A stretch of 64,000 bases of DNA from Patescibacteria group bacterium (GCA_041738615.1 JBGSPL010000001.1:92071-156070); one strand, 5' to 3'; numbered from the stretch's first letter, positions 43,972-54,299 are shown. Notes: generated by a model from the letters alone, not told the origin. Numbers and translations: made by a program.

Positions 43972-45849
43972 CTATCCTAACGACAGCGCCATCTTGTATA
44001 GAAGATCCGACGCAAAGTCATATTTTACTGTCTCTATAGTAAAGAGGAAGTCGTCTTTTGTCCAGGCAAGAGCACCCGTGGACAGCTCGGTAAAGGACAC
44101 CCCGTCTTGCTCACGTGAAACATAGGTGGCCTTGTCGTTTGATTTTATGTACTCTGCGAGAGCGTTAGCGGAATCCTTCTGCTGGGTTTGACTATAGGTG
44201 ATACTCTTGTCCTTGTCATTGACGAAAGTGAATTTAACGGTAAGCTTCTTTTTGCCTTCGTTGTAATTGCTGCTAGACATTTCGTAGCCAGGTGGTAGCG
44301 TCGCTGGGATTATCGAATCAAAGTTTGAGACTTCGGCAGCTTGTTGGGTTCTAGATTGCTGCGCGGAAGGTTTATAGAAATAGACCAGCGAAAAAGTGAT
44401 CGTAAGTATTACGAATAGTCCCCCGGCGATAGCTAGGCCTACAAGTAGCCAAAGTGACAGTTTCTTTTTTTGTCCTTTTTCTCTGATTTTCTGAGGTACC
44501 GGTGTTTGTACTGCTTTCTTGCGGGACTTTGGAGATTTCTTGAAAATGCTGTTTAGCAAGCCACTCTTCTTACGCTTTTTTGGACCTTCTATTTTGTCTT
44601 TGAAGAAGGATTTGATGACTTCTTGCTTCACGCCAGATGCTGGTGTCTCAGGTTCGTCTTCCTTTGTGTCCGCGGGCGTCTGTGGCTCGGTAGCCGAGAC
44701 AGTTGGGTGATAATTTGCTACCACTTCCTTTGCCAGTGGTGCTACTGCATCTGGATCGAAGTCCTTAGAATTTGTAACCTCCGGGCCTACTTCTGGGTCT
44801 TCTAGCGTAGCTAGCTTCTTTTCTGCTGCTTCGATTTCTGCGCTTGAAGATTCGTCCGGATGTGTCGCGGCGGTACTACCCAATTCGTGAGGTAATGTAT
44901 AGAGTTCATCGGCAGGTTTGTCGGGTGTGTTTGACTTCTCGGTCTCTTCGTTGGAGACGGTGGTCGCCACTTCCTTCTCGTCTTCTGGCTCTGGTTCGTC
45001 GCTAACCTCAGGCTCGGGTTTTATGGAGTTAGTGGGTTCGGTTATTTCTGGGGCAGCGATTTCGATCGTATCTAGAGGTGAGGCTATCTCTGGGTTTTCG
45101 ATGGGATTTGCGGGTTTATCTAGGAGCACGCCGGCATGTACCTCCGCTTTCACAGGGTCGTGGATTTCGTCCATGAGTTCCTCGGCAGCTTCTAGTGCTT
45201 TTACTTCATCTTCTCGGTCGGCTGCTTGATAGTTTTCGTTCAAGATATCCAAAAGTATGCCGCTGGCGCCTAGGGTATCGACTTCCTTTACCTTTTCGTC
45301 TAGTGACCTTGTGCTCTGAACATCTTCGGCAGGTGCTTCGAAATCATTTTCGGTAGGTATATCAATAGTTTGCCCGAGAGGTGGTATCTCTTCTAGGTCT
45401 TGAATAGGTTTTGGCGCTTCTGGAACCCCAATCGTTTCCTTTGTGGTTTCAGCTTCGGCAGGAGCGGCAGTGTAGAACCCTTTTTGGTCCAGCGCAGGAT
45501 CATCTCCAGTCCCAACAGATAGTTTGACTGGTTGCTGAGGTTCCGCGATATCAGCCACTACCGGCTCAGCCTGGTCGACTTTTGCTATAATCAAATCGTC
45601 AGCCTCATTTACTGGTAGGCCTAGATCTGACTTCATGCCGTCCTTAATCGGTGTTTGCGGTAGGAGTGGAGCTGTAGGCCTGTCAGTCGGCACTGGCGTG
45701 ACTGGAGTGGTGGGCCTGGCAATGTCGGTATTGATCATAACTCTAGCCTGCGAGTTCGCAGCGCCTACTGTGAGACCACAATTAGAGCAGAATGTTTTAC
45801 CACCCAGCTCAATCGGTTCCATATCGGTACTGCAGTATGGACAGACCAA
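43972..45849 (-). CDS. membrane protein: N-terminal C4 zinc ribbon, about 400-aa acidic/Pro-rich disordered linker, basic patch, single TM, extracytoplasmic C-terminal domain (anti-sigma-factor-like topology)
   Basis: MVCPYCSTDMEPIELGGKTFCSNCGL zinc ribbon, long D/E/P-rich linker, KKRKKSGLLNSIFKKSPKSRKK, TM helix LWLLVGLAIAGGLFVILTITFSLVYFY, then a globular domain of about 150 aa. Confidence 0.5.
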   Translation of the reverse strand: MVCPYCSTDMEPIELGGKTFCSNCGLTVGAANSQARVMINTDIARPTTPVTPVPTDRPTAPLLPQTPIKDGMKSDLGLPVNEADDLIIAKVDQAEPVVADIAEPQQPVKLSVGTGDDPALDQKGFYTAAPAEAETTKETIGVPEAPKPIQDLEEIPPLGQTIDIPTENDFEAPAEDVQSTRSLDEKVKEVDTLGASGILLDILNENYQAADREDEVKALEAAEELMDEIHDPVKAEVHAGVLLDKPANPIENPEIASPLDTIEIAAPEITEPTNSIKPEPEVSDEPEPEDEKEVATTVSNEETEKSNTPDKPADELYTLPHELGSTAATHPDESSSAEIEAAEKKLATLEDPEVGPEVTNSKDFDPDAVAPLAKEVVANYHPTVSATEPQTPADTKEDEPETPASGVKQEVIKSFFKDKIEGPKKRKKSGLLNSIFKKSPKSRKKAVQTPVPQKIREKGQKKKLSLWLLVGLAIAGGLFVILTITFSLVYFYKPSAQQSRTQQAAEVSNFDSIIPATLPPGYEMSSSNYNEGKKKLTVKFTFVNDKDKSITYSQTQQKDSANALAEYIKSNDKATYVSREQDGVSFTELSTGALAWTKDDFLFTIETVKYDFASDLLYKMALSLG

Positions 45850-45902
45850 GTAATTCCCTCCTAGTTGTATTGATTATAAAATACTTTTACTTAACTTAAA
45901 AG

Positions 45903-46871
45903 CTAAAATGGCAAATCTTCGTTTACCAGCTCGTCGAGATATGGCGACTTATAGATTTCCGTGCCAAGCTGTCTGTGGTAGGCGCTGAACTCGACTCCGT
46001 CTCCAAGGGTCTGAATCATATGATACGAGGCATTGGTTTTTGCTGAAACATTATCTAGCATGGCGACGGCGAATGCCTCGGGTGTCTTTGGTTTTACGGG
46101 GCTGCCGAACTCCAGCTCTCCGTGATGTGAAAGAATTACATTCACAATCTCGCCTTGTAAATCAGACGGAATCCCCGTTGGCATATTCTGAGCGATATAG
46201 TTTGCTCCCAGGAAGATATGGCCCTGCAGTTTTCCTTGAGTGGTCATTTTGATCGTAAGTCCTGTCTGGTATTCAAATATCTTGCCTATGTCATGTAGGA
46301 TGATTCCCGTGACAAGCAAATCTTTGTTCAGTTTGGGAAAGGTACCACCGAGCCCGTCACTCATTCGCAGCATTTCTAGGGTGTGCTCTAGTAGCCCCCC
46401 GTTATAGGCATGATGGACAGAGATTCCTGCAGCAGAGAGTCGAAAAGAGGCAGCTGTTTTTTCGTCAAAAACACTCTTGAGGAGCTGTCTGAGGTGTTTG
46501 TTTTTAACCTTATCCATGTAATCTACAAGCTCTTGCCACATCTTGTCACAGTCAAAGTCGCTCTTTGCCATAAAGTCGGCGTCGTTATATTCAGTGGAAG
46601 CTGCAAGTGAAGTGATCTTGATTTGAGGCTCGTCTCGGTAGCTCTCGATCGAAGCATTCACGGCGGCGATTTTCCCTTCGGTCGTAATGTCCGTGTTTGG
46701 GAGAGCGTCTGGCCAGATTTTGCCCTTGATGGATCCAGTCTTGTCTGTGAGTTCCACGTTGTAATACGTTCGGCCGTCACGAGAGGTAGCTGCGGCTAAG
46801 CTTTTTACCGCAAAGTCCTCACCAAATACCGACATTCCAGGTTTTAGGTCTGTAACAAATAGGTTCTTCAT
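45903..46871 (-). CDS. OB-fold plus HD-domain 3'-5' exoribonuclease, YhaM-like
   Basis: N-terminal OB fold, then HD motifs (HHAYNGGLLEHTL, ILHDIGK). 322 aa. Confidence 0.75.
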   Translation of the reverse strand: MKNLFVTDLKPGMSVFGEDFAVKSLAAATSRDGRTYYNVELTDKTGSIKGKIWPDALPNTDITTEGKIAAVNASIESYRDEPQIKITSLAASTEYNDADFMAKSDFDCDKMWQELVDYMDKVKNKHLRQLLKSVFDEKTAASFRLSAAGISVHHAYNGGLLEHTLEMLRMSDGLGGTFPKLNKDLLVTGIILHDIGKIFEYQTGLTIKMTTQGKLQGHIFLGANYIAQNMPTGIPSDLQGEIVNVILSHHGELEFGSPVKPKTPEAFAVAMLDNVSAKTNASYHMIQTLGDGVEFSAYHRQLGTEIYKSPYLDELVNEDLPF

Positions 46872-47872
46872 TATTTTGCGAGTACGCTCCTCTTATAATC
46901 ATCTAAATTTTCAAGTGCAATCCCGGTGCCTTTGGCGACGCAATATAGGGCGTCGTCGGCGACGTAGCTAGGGATTCCAGTAGCCTTGGTCAGAAGTTTG
47001 TCCAAGTTTCTCAGGAGTGAACCGCCACCTGTCATGACCATACCGCGGTCGATAATATCCGAGGAAAGCTCCGGTGGAGTTTCAGTAAGGACATTGCGAA
47101 CGGCAAGTACAATCTTCTCGATTTCGTTCTGCATAGCTTCGGTAACTTCATTCGACGAAATCGTAATAGTCTTTGGCAGGCCAGCAATCATATCTCGGCC
47201 CTTGATCTCCATCGTCTTTTCTTTTTCTGTAGGGAGCGCGCTGCCAAGCTTGATTTTGATTTCTTCTGCAGTGCGATCACCGACAGCTAGGCCGTATTTC
47301 TTGCGGATATAGTCGGCAATAGCTTGATCTAGTTTGTCACCACCGATGCGGACAGAATTCTTGGCGACAATCCCGCCAAGTGAAATAACGGCGATTTCGG
47401 TAGTGCCACCGCCGATGTCGATGACCAGGTTTCCGGCAGCTGTATCGATTGGGATATCAGCACCGATGGCAGCGGCTACAGGCTCTGGGATTATGTATAC
47501 TTCTTTGGCACCAGCGGCCTTGGTAGCGTCAATAACTGCACGACGCTCGGTAGAGCTTGCAGTAACGGGTAGGCAAACCATTACTTCAGGGCGAAAAAGT
47601 CGGATGTTTCCACTGACTTTGTTGATAAAGTAATGGATCATGGCTTCTGTCACGCGATAGTCTGCAATTACGCCATCTCGGATAGGACGAAAAGCGGTGA
47701 TGGTGTCTGGAGTACGGCCGACCATTTCTTTGGCCTCGTTACCAACCGCAAGTACCTTGTTGTCCTCTGAGACGGCCACAACTGAGGGTTCATTAATAAC
47801 AATCCCCCTCTTTGGTACGTAGACGAGGATGTTGGCTGTGCCGAGATCGATTCCGATGCGATTATTTAACAT
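46871..47872 (-). CDS. mreB: rod-shape determining actin homologue MreB
   Basis: IGIDLGTANILVYV phosphate-1 motif and DIGGGTTEIAVISLGG. 333 aa. Confidence 0.92.
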   Translation of the reverse strand: MLNNRIGIDLGTANILVYVPKRGIVINEPSVVAVSEDNKVLAVGNEAKEMVGRTPDTITAFRPIRDGVIADYRVTEAMIHYFINKVSGNIRLFRPEVMVCLPVTASSTERRAVIDATKAAGAKEVYIIPEPVAAAIGADIPIDTAAGNLVIDIGGGTTEIAVISLGGIVAKNSVRIGGDKLDQAIADYIRKKYGLAVGDRTAEEIKIKLGSALPTEKEKTMEIKGRDMIAGLPKTITISSNEVTEAMQNEIEKIVLAVRNVLTETPPELSSDIIDRGMVMTGGGSLLRNLDKLLTKATGIPSYVADDALYCVAKGTGIALENLDDYKRSVLAK

Positions 47873-47915
47873 ATTGGCCTTATTCTAGCACGAAACGGCC
47901 TTTGTAACAAGCTGG

Positions 47916-49175
47916 CTACTCTTCGTTGACGCGAACGATTTTTGCGCCAAGTGCATTGAGTCGCTCGTCGATTCTTTCATAGCCACGATCAATAAGCTCG
48001 GCTCGCTCGATTGTGCTCTCCCCCTCTGCGATGAAGGATGCAATAAGGAGGGTGGCACCAGCCCTGAGATCGTAGCTCTCGATAGTCGTTCCGTATAGCG
48101 GGGTTGGTCCGCAAACAATAGCTTCATGCGAATTTTTAACGATACAGTCAGCCCCCATCTTGTTGAGTTCGTTTAAATAATTAAGCCTGCCTTCGTATAC
48201 TGTTTCATATATCTCGCTGATCCCCTCGGCTTGAGTCATGAGAACGCCGAAAGGCGCCTGAATATCAGTAGGAAGACCAGGGTAAACACTCGTTTTAATG
48301 CTTACCGGCTTTATGGCTGTAGTTTGTCCGACAAAAATGGTTTCTTTGTCTAGTATCTCAAAGTTGACGTTCGCTTGTGAAATCTTTTGCAAGAAGGAGT
48401 AGTGGTCATCTTTTACAAATCCTTTGATCTTTAGTTCACCACGAGAAGCTGCCGCCGCAAGGACAAAGGTTTCTGCTTCTATTTGGTCGTAAATGACCTT
48501 GAAAGAAGTCGGTCGCAGCTTTTTCTTGCCTTTTATGAGGAGATTGTGGGTGCCAATACCGCTGATGTCCGCACCCATGCGTCTTAGGAAATAACAGAGA
48601 TTAATGACGTGGGGTTCACATGCTGCTAGGTTGATATGCGTGTAACCCTTGGCAAGAGTGGCCGCCATAATAATGTTTTCCGTACCGGTAACACTAAAAT
48701 CAGCAACAACCTCGGCTCCCACGAGCCCCTTGGTCTTGAACAGGTAGGTCTCCTCATTTTCTTCGAAACTGACCCCTAGCTTCTCAAGTCCATCCACTGT
48801 AATGTCGATCGGCCTGGCACCGATAAAACAACCGCCAGGGTGCGCCAGCTCGACTCTCCCAAACCGTGCGAGAAGCGGACCAGCAAGCAGGATAGAGGCG
48901 CGCATGTTTTTGACCATTCGCTCATTCGGCGTAGTAGAAGTGGCCTTTGTAGTATCAATCTCGACGACGTGGTTCTTGAAAGCTACTTTGGCGCCTAGGT
49001 CTACGAGAATATTCAAAAGGTTCTCAATGTCCGTAATCATCGGTACATTTGTAATTCGATATTTGCCCTTAGCAAGTAAAGTAGCGGCGATAATCGGCAG
49101 GGCGGCGTTTTTGCTACCACTTACTGTTACCTCGCCCTCTAGCTTACAGGGACCTTGTATAATAAATTTGCTCAT
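47916..49175 (-). CDS. murA: UDP-N-acetylglucosamine 1-carboxyvinyltransferase
   Basis: MSKFIIQGPCKLEGEVTVSGSKNAALPIIAATLLA, EPT family. 419 aa. Confidence 0.92.
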   Translation of the reverse strand: MSKFIIQGPCKLEGEVTVSGSKNAALPIIAATLLAKGKYRITNVPMITDIENLLNILVDLGAKVAFKNHVVEIDTTKATSTTPNERMVKNMRASILLAGPLLARFGRVELAHPGGCFIGARPIDITVDGLEKLGVSFEENEETYLFKTKGLVGAEVVADFSVTGTENIIMAATLAKGYTHINLAACEPHVINLCYFLRRMGADISGIGTHNLLIKGKKKLRPTSFKVIYDQIEAETFVLAAAASRGELKIKGFVKDDHYSFLQKISQANVNFEILDKETIFVGQTTAIKPVSIKTSVYPGLPTDIQAPFGVLMTQAEGISEIYETVYEGRLNYLNELNKMGADCIVKNSHEAIVCGPTPLYGTTIESYDLRAGATLLIASFIAEGESTIERAELIDRGYERIDERLNALGAKIVRVNEE

Positions 49176-49221
49176 AAGGACATTTTACCAGAGCGCGATA
49201 CAGCTTGGCAACATCAAATAA

Positions 49222-50679
49222 ATGTTCTATAATTACTTCTTAGAAATGACAAAAAAGACACCTAGTAGAAAGCCTTCCAGAAAAGTTCGATTGATACTTT
49301 ACCCCATCATCGGCACTCTTTTTGTATTTGTGCTGGGCGCCCTACTGATGTTAGCCAATGGGTTTTGGCCAGAGATGAGCGAGGGAAAACTAGCTTTTAA
49401 GAAAACTGGGATGATAATCCTGGCGGCCAGACCGCTCGATGCCAGCATCTATGTGAATGGTAAGTACAAGGAGAAGACCTCTTTCTACCTTCTGCCTAAC
49501 AAGCTAAACAACCTGCTCCCCGGCGATTACAAGATACGCATCGAGAAGAAGGGTTACCGTACATGGGAGAAAACTATCAAGGTGGAGCCGGGCCTTGTTG
49601 CGTGGGCAAACTACATCTTGATGTTTGCTGACAAGCTGGACATTCAGCAGGTAAAAGATTTTAGCGGGACTCCGGCAGCAACGTCTGATAACGGAAGGTA
49701 TCTACTCTATACTGGGACAAAAGAGGGCAAGTTCTTTTCCACCTCCCAGGAGGCAAATGGTTTGTCCACGCGTTCTTTCTGGCCCAAGGACTCATCGACC
49801 TTGCCAGATTGGCTGAAGAGCCCTACAATAACCGCCGCCAGTTTTAGTCAAAACAGCGACAAGGTGCTATACACCATCAAAAACGGAGAAGTAACAGAGT
49901 ATGTGGTCGCTGAGGCCAACGGCAGTGACGTAAAGCTGGTTATTTTGAATGAGCAGTTCAAGGTTGCACCAGTTCGCGCAAGTTGGAACCCGTATGACAA
50001 CGAAGGTCTTTTTGTAACTGTTGCTGAGAAGCTATACCACGCCAAGATTACCGCTTCGACGCTTGGTAACGCGATTGCAACAAACGTCGTTTCGTACAAA
50101 TATGAAGCGAATCGTCAGCTCTACTTTGCGGTAAGGATGGCGAGCGGTAATGTGCAAATAGAGAAATCCAACCTAGACGGCAACAATAAAGTGATAATTC
50201 TGGACTCCATCGTGCCAGCGGCGGGGTATCAATTTACTCATACATCTCAAGGTGATATGCTGGCTGTTCGTAGCGCAGACACAGGGGATCTCTTGCTTGT
50301 ATATCCTGCAAACGGCGAGAATAATGTCGTACTGCGCCTCGGCAAGTCCTATAAAGATATTGCCTGGTCCAAAAATGGTTTGAAGCTCCTTTACTACGAT
50401 GGTACTACCATTTATCGCTATGATTCTGAGAAGAAAAAGGAGAGCCATTTTGCTTCCCTTGGCGCGATTACTTCAGTTCGTTGGTATTATGACGACTGCC
50501 ACTTCCTTGTCAACGGAGATGATGGACTTCGGATTAGCGAATATGACGGAGGGAACCCATTGGCTCTTTCTTTCTCTCCACAAAAGATAGTCGCTCTCGA
50601 CACTCAAAACTACAGCCTGGTCTATGGTGAAACCAAAGACTCCGCGGTGGAGTACTTCCGCTTTACGAGTCAGTACTAA
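49222..50679 (+). CDS. membrane-anchored PEGA-domain protein with C-terminal beta-propeller-like region
   Basis: N-terminal TM helix, PEGA signature (ARPLDASIYVNGKYKEKTSFYLLPN...GDYKIRIEKKGYRTWEKTIKV), then a repeat-rich C-terminal region. Confidence 0.6.
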   Translation: MFYNYFLEMTKKTPSRKPSRKVRLILYPIIGTLFVFVLGALLMLANGFWPEMSEGKLAFKKTGMIILAARPLDASIYVNGKYKEKTSFYLLPNKLNNLLPGDYKIRIEKKGYRTWEKTIKVEPGLVAWANYILMFADKLDIQQVKDFSGTPAATSDNGRYLLYTGTKEGKFFSTSQEANGLSTRSFWPKDSSTLPDWLKSPTITAASFSQNSDKVLYTIKNGEVTEYVVAEANGSDVKLVILNEQFKVAPVRASWNPYDNEGLFVTVAEKLYHAKITASTLGNAIATNVVSYKYEANRQLYFAVRMASGNVQIEKSNLDGNNKVIILDSIVPAAGYQFTHTSQGDMLAVRSADTGDLLLVYPANGENNVVLRLGKSYKDIAWSKNGLKLLYYDGTTIYRYDSEKKKESHFASLGAITSVRWYYDDCHFLVNGDDGLRISEYDGGNPLALSFSPQKIVALDTQNYSLVYGETKDSAVEYFRFTSQY

Positions 50680-51671
50680 TTTTTTGTAGTAAAAAGACCG
50701 ATTAGCCAGTCCACAATTGGGTTGGAGTCGCTGGCCGGTAATTGAGAGGATTGCTTCGAGGTTGTATCTGCAGAGTCTTTTGAATCAGGTTTTGCTACAA
50801 TCGCCGCTTTATAAACTGGTGCAATCTGATCAAAGGATACGATAAGTCTCTTCCAGCTGGTGCCCGGTGGAGTACAGGTCATTAGTGTCATTGTGGGCTT
50901 TATTGTTTGATCCAGCACGCTCATCTCGGTGGGTTCCACTACCTTTACGTTATTTACTTGGTAAAGATATTTGTTCCCTTTGTAATAAATCTTGGCCTGG
51001 TCTCCTACTACCAGCTTATCCAGGTTTGCAAAGATATAGTTGTACGCTCCCTTGTCCCACCAGTAGTTGGAGCTATGCCCTGTAATGAAACTGTTCCCTA
51101 CCTTGCCTGGCTCAGCGGTTTGGTAGTAATGTACGACACCGCTCTGTAGGCCCGTTTGGATGTCTGCCTCCTCGGTACTCTCGGTAAAGACTATAGGTGC
51201 AGTGACACCAATCTTTTGCACCACGAGAGTTGGCGTCTCTGGGATTGTCTCACCCGGTTCCAGTGGGGCCGTAGTCAGGGATGCCGTCTTCTTTAGTTCG
51301 TTTGGCGTGACAACCTGTTTTTTGTAGTCGAGCGGTTTAGACTTAGTGAAATAGAGCGGCAGGTTCGCAAGGCCAAAAATTACACCAAAAACGCCGATAA
51401 ATATAATCGGATATTTTACATACCAACGGCGCCAGGTATTTGATATGGCCTGGTGTAGAGGTTTTTTGCCGTCATTTTTAAATCTAAAAATTTTGTCTAT
51501 ACTTTCGTGGCTGGCTTTTTGAAACACTTTTTCAACTGGACGGACTTCGTCCGGACAGTAATCACGAATAATATCATGCGCCAGGGCACTTATCTCGGCA
51601 TCACTGCCACCCTGTAGGCGAAAAGAATGTAATAGCTGCTCGATTTGATGAATTGTAGGTTCGTCTAACAT
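50676..51671 (-). CDS. sortase-family transpeptidase (membrane anchored)
   Basis: N-terminal cytoplasmic segment plus TM helix, then a catalytic region with TLMTCTPPGTSWKRLIV (TLxTC motif). Confidence 0.75.
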   Translation of the reverse strand: MLDEPTIHQIEQLLHSFRLQGGSDAEISALAHDIIRDYCPDEVRPVEKVFQKASHESIDKIFRFKNDGKKPLHQAISNTWRRWYVKYPIIFIGVFGVIFGLANLPLYFTKSKPLDYKKQVVTPNELKKTASLTTAPLEPGETIPETPTLVVQKIGVTAPIVFTESTEEADIQTGLQSGVVHYYQTAEPGKVGNSFITGHSSNYWWDKGAYNYIFANLDKLVVGDQAKIYYKGNKYLYQVNNVKVVEPTEMSVLDQTIKPTMTLMTCTPPGTSWKRLIVSFDQIAPVYKAAIVAKPDSKDSADTTSKQSSQLPASDSNPIVDWLIGLFTTKN

Positions 51672-51692
51672 GCTCTAATGATACCGTTATTA

Positions 51693-51721
51693 TTGACCAA
51701 AATCTATATCAGCGCTATAAT
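51693..51721 (+). promoter_or_regulatory. sigma-70-type promoter of tRNA-Leu (TTGACC-17-TATAAT)
   Basis: -35 at 51693-51698 and -10 at 51716-51721. There is a leader of about 45 nt before the tRNA. Confidence 0.6.
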
Positions 51722-51773
51722 ACCTGGGTTGCTGGTGCAGTGTTGGGCTCCCAGTTGAGATGAAATATGATGT

Positions 51774-51858
51774 GCCGCTGTGGCGGAACTGGTATACGCG
51801 CACGACTCAAAATCGTGTGGAGCAATCCATGTCGGTTCGATCCCGACCAGCGGCACCA
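51774..51858 (+). tRNA. tRNA-Leu (anticodon CAA), class II with long variable arm
   Basis: gccgctg acceptor (pairs with cagcggc), anticodon stem cacga/tcgtg with loop cuCAAaa, 13-nt variable arm, T arm gtcgg-ttcgatc-ccgac, encoded CCA. Confidence 0.85.
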
Positions 51859-51876
51859 ATAATCGAAAACCCGGGG

Positions 51877-52824
51877 TTATTCTTCCTCGGCTTTTTTAAT
51901 TGACTTTGGTAGATAGCGGACGATGTCCGATGCAATTACGCTCCGTTCCCCTATTTCTTCCTTGGCTATTTTCCCAGCCAGACCATGGAGATAAACAGCA
52001 GTTGCAATGGCTTCCAGGTGATTATCGGGGTTTTGTCCAACAAAGGACCCGATAATGCCAGAGAGGACGTCACCAGAACCCGCTGTGGCTAGTTCTGGGC
52101 CTCCTAGGCGGTTAATTATGACATCCCCCCTACTTGTAGCTATTGTCGTGTCATGGCCCTTTAAAACGACGGTACAGGATAGTTTTTTTGCAATAATCGG
52201 CCCAACTTCTTCTTTGTGATTTTCGATGTAGTGTGAGGTGAATTTCTTGTCTAGACCAAGAGCGCTAGCTACCCTAGCAGCTTCACCTGGGTGAGGTGTG
52301 ATGATTAATTCGCAAGATTTTCCTTGGAAATATTCTATCAAGTAGTCCTCACTTTCTTTAGAAAGCATGACTTCGATTCCTTTGGCCAGAGCCGTAAGTC
52401 CATCTGCGTCAAGAACGACCGCCTTGTCGAGTGCAAAGACGAGTTCCCAGACAAGCTGGATAGTCTCCGCATTTTGCGATAATCCAGGACCAATAACGAC
52501 GACGTCACAAGAGCGAGCATTGTCTAGGATGGGCTTTTCGGCCTTCTTGGCCAGAGAGTGCCCAGGGGTTTCTGGTAACTCCAGGGTCATGGCCTCGGGT
52601 AGGACCCCTCTGTAGATACCCTTTAGGCTTTCAGGAAACCCAAGAAGTAAGATGCCTGTTCCACTACGGAAAACTGCTTCACAGATGAGGATAGCAGCAC
52701 CAGTCATCCCTTTCGATCCCGCAAGGACCAAAATCTTGCCGGCCTCGGATTTGTAAAAGTGTAGTGGCCTGGACCATAGTAGTTTTGGATAAAGTACTTT
52801 GTCTTGGTAAATCGGTTTTGCCAT
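51877..52824 (-). CDS. nnrD: ADP-dependent NAD(P)H-hydrate dehydratase (YjeF C-terminal-type carbohydrate kinase fold)
   Basis: GSGDVLSG motif and ribokinase-like fold. 315 aa, with no YjeF N-terminal epimerase domain. Confidence 0.78.
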   Translation of the reverse strand: MAKPIYQDKVLYPKLLWSRPLHFYKSEAGKILVLAGSKGMTGAAILICEAVFRSGTGILLLGFPESLKGIYRGVLPEAMTLELPETPGHSLAKKAEKPILDNARSCDVVVIGPGLSQNAETIQLVWELVFALDKAVVLDADGLTALAKGIEVMLSKESEDYLIEYFQGKSCELIITPHPGEAARVASALGLDKKFTSHYIENHKEEVGPIIAKKLSCTVVLKGHDTTIATSRGDVIINRLGGPELATAGSGDVLSGIIGSFVGQNPDNHLEAIATAVYLHGLAGKIAKEEIGERSVIASDIVRYLPKSIKKAEEE

Positions 52825-52825
52825 A

Positions 52826-53668
52826 TTAATCCTTTCGGAGAGAACGGATATGGTCTATCATCCCCTTCGTACCGGTACCGTCCTTGATTTCTGGTGTTTC
52901 CATCACAAAGGGGATATCCCTTAGCGCTGGGTGGTTGATGATCCTTGTGAGACCTTCCTCTCCGATAAATCCCTGTCCGTAATTCTCGTGCCTATCGCGG
53001 CAACTGCCGAGCTCGGTCATAGAGTCATTAAGATGAATAGCGCGGAGCCTGTCTAGCCCAACGTTCTCGTCGATTTCAGCAATCATTTTGTCTAAACCTG
53101 CTGCAGTGTGCAGTTCGTAACCCTGTTCAAAGGCGTGCGCGGTATCTAGGCAGATGCCTAGCCTGTCGGAGCCGGATTGCTTGATGATGTTACCAAGTTC
53201 CTTGAAATTCTTGCCTACCAGATTGCCAGCCCCAGCAGTATTCTCTAGTAGTAACAAGCTTTTACCACTATTTTCAGTCAGGATTTGGCCAAGAGCCTCT
53301 ACCACCCTCTCGGTTCCAATTTCTATGCCATTTCCTTGATGAGAACCGATGTGAGTGACAAGACCCACAAGACCTAGTCGTTCAACATTTCTTAGCCCAG
53401 AAACAAGAGAATCTATCCCTTGCTCGCGCAATGTTTCGTTGGGAGACGCAAGATTTATGAGGTATATGCTGTGTGCAAAGGCATCTTGCATTTTGTTTTC
53501 ATCATATTTCTGCCTAAAAGCGGCTACGCTTTCGTCTGGAATTTCAGTGATCTTCCAGCCGCGGGGGTTGGAAATAAATATCTGAAAAGTATTGCATCCG
53601 AGAGCTACCGCCCTGTCGACTGCCTGATCTACTCCCCCGGCTGTTGATACGTGTACACCTAATTTCAT
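52826..53668 (-). CDS. nfo: endonuclease IV (AP endonuclease family 2)
   Basis: MKLGVHVSTAGG start, HSIYLINLASPNE, TIM-barrel metal ligands. The ORF track extends 46 aa further upstream to 53806, which is probably non-native. Confidence 0.85.
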   Translation of the reverse strand: MKLGVHVSTAGGVDQAVDRAVALGCNTFQIFISNPRGWKITEIPDESVAAFRQKYDENKMQDAFAHSIYLINLASPNETLREQGIDSLVSGLRNVERLGLVGLVTHIGSHQGNGIEIGTERVVEALGQILTENSGKSLLLLENTAGAGNLVGKNFKELGNIIKQSGSDRLGICLDTAHAFEQGYELHTAAGLDKMIAEIDENVGLDRLRAIHLNDSMTELGSCRDRHENYGQGFIGEEGLTRIINHPALRDIPFVMETPEIKDGTGTKGMIDHIRSLRKD

Positions 53669-53786
53669 AACATCATTATAGTCTAGATTGGCAATAACAA
53701 AAAGCTCGCCTGATGGAGGCGAGCTTTTGGACGATTTCCATCTTGTTGCTCCAGCAACAACTTTACCACCTTGGTCTAGGACAGGC

Positions 53787-54248
53787 CTATTTGGTGTATT
53801 TTCCACGAATTTGAAAAAGCACGTAGAAGCCGATCAGGGCTCCGATAAGCGCTCCCACGATAGAGCCGCTAACTAAGCTGTATACCAGGCTTACAATCTG
53901 TGAGTAGAATAACAGTGTCCACCCAGAGAGCTTACGCGCAAACAGCCCTGGTAGTGCTGCTACCTGTAGGGCAAGTTGGACAGCCATGATGGCAATGCCA
54001 ACCCAATAAAGACTCGAGAGGCCATATCCGCCCATCATGGCGTACGGTGAAAGCACGGCGGTAAAGCCAAGTGCGGTTAGGATAATAGGGAGTGAGATAA
54101 CGAGTAAAACTACGTTAATCCATGGACCCCATTTTACAATCCATTCTTTGGCGCTCTCAGGAATCTGAAAAGGTGCCTTTTTTACTAACCAAAACTCCAA
54201 AAACCCCATCAGGTCCTTTGGTGCCTGGTCGTTCTTTGTTTCTGCCAT
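53787..54248 (-). CDS. small polytopic membrane protein
   Basis: 153-aa protein with 4 predicted TM helices and no recognisable domain. Confidence 0.45.
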   Translation of the reverse strand: MAETKNDQAPKDLMGFLEFWLVKKAPFQIPESAKEWIVKWGPWINVVLLVISLPIILTALGFTAVLSPYAMMGGYGLSSLYWVGIAIMAVQLALQVAALPGLFARKLSGWTLLFYSQIVSLVYSLVSGSIVGALIGALIGFYVLFQIRGKYTK

Positions 54249-54299
54249 AATATCCCCCTATGACTTAGGTTACTATTAACTTTACTATACGCCTGCCGT

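Noticed and set aside
52826-53806. Full 326-aa nfo ORF and full 406-aa dprA ORF from the track
   Set aside because: The N-terminal extensions (46 and about 42 aa) precede the conserved family N-termini and lack ribosome-binding sites. Internal starts with ribosome-binding sites were preferred: MKLGVHVS at 53668 for nfo, and GTG at 21080 for dprA.
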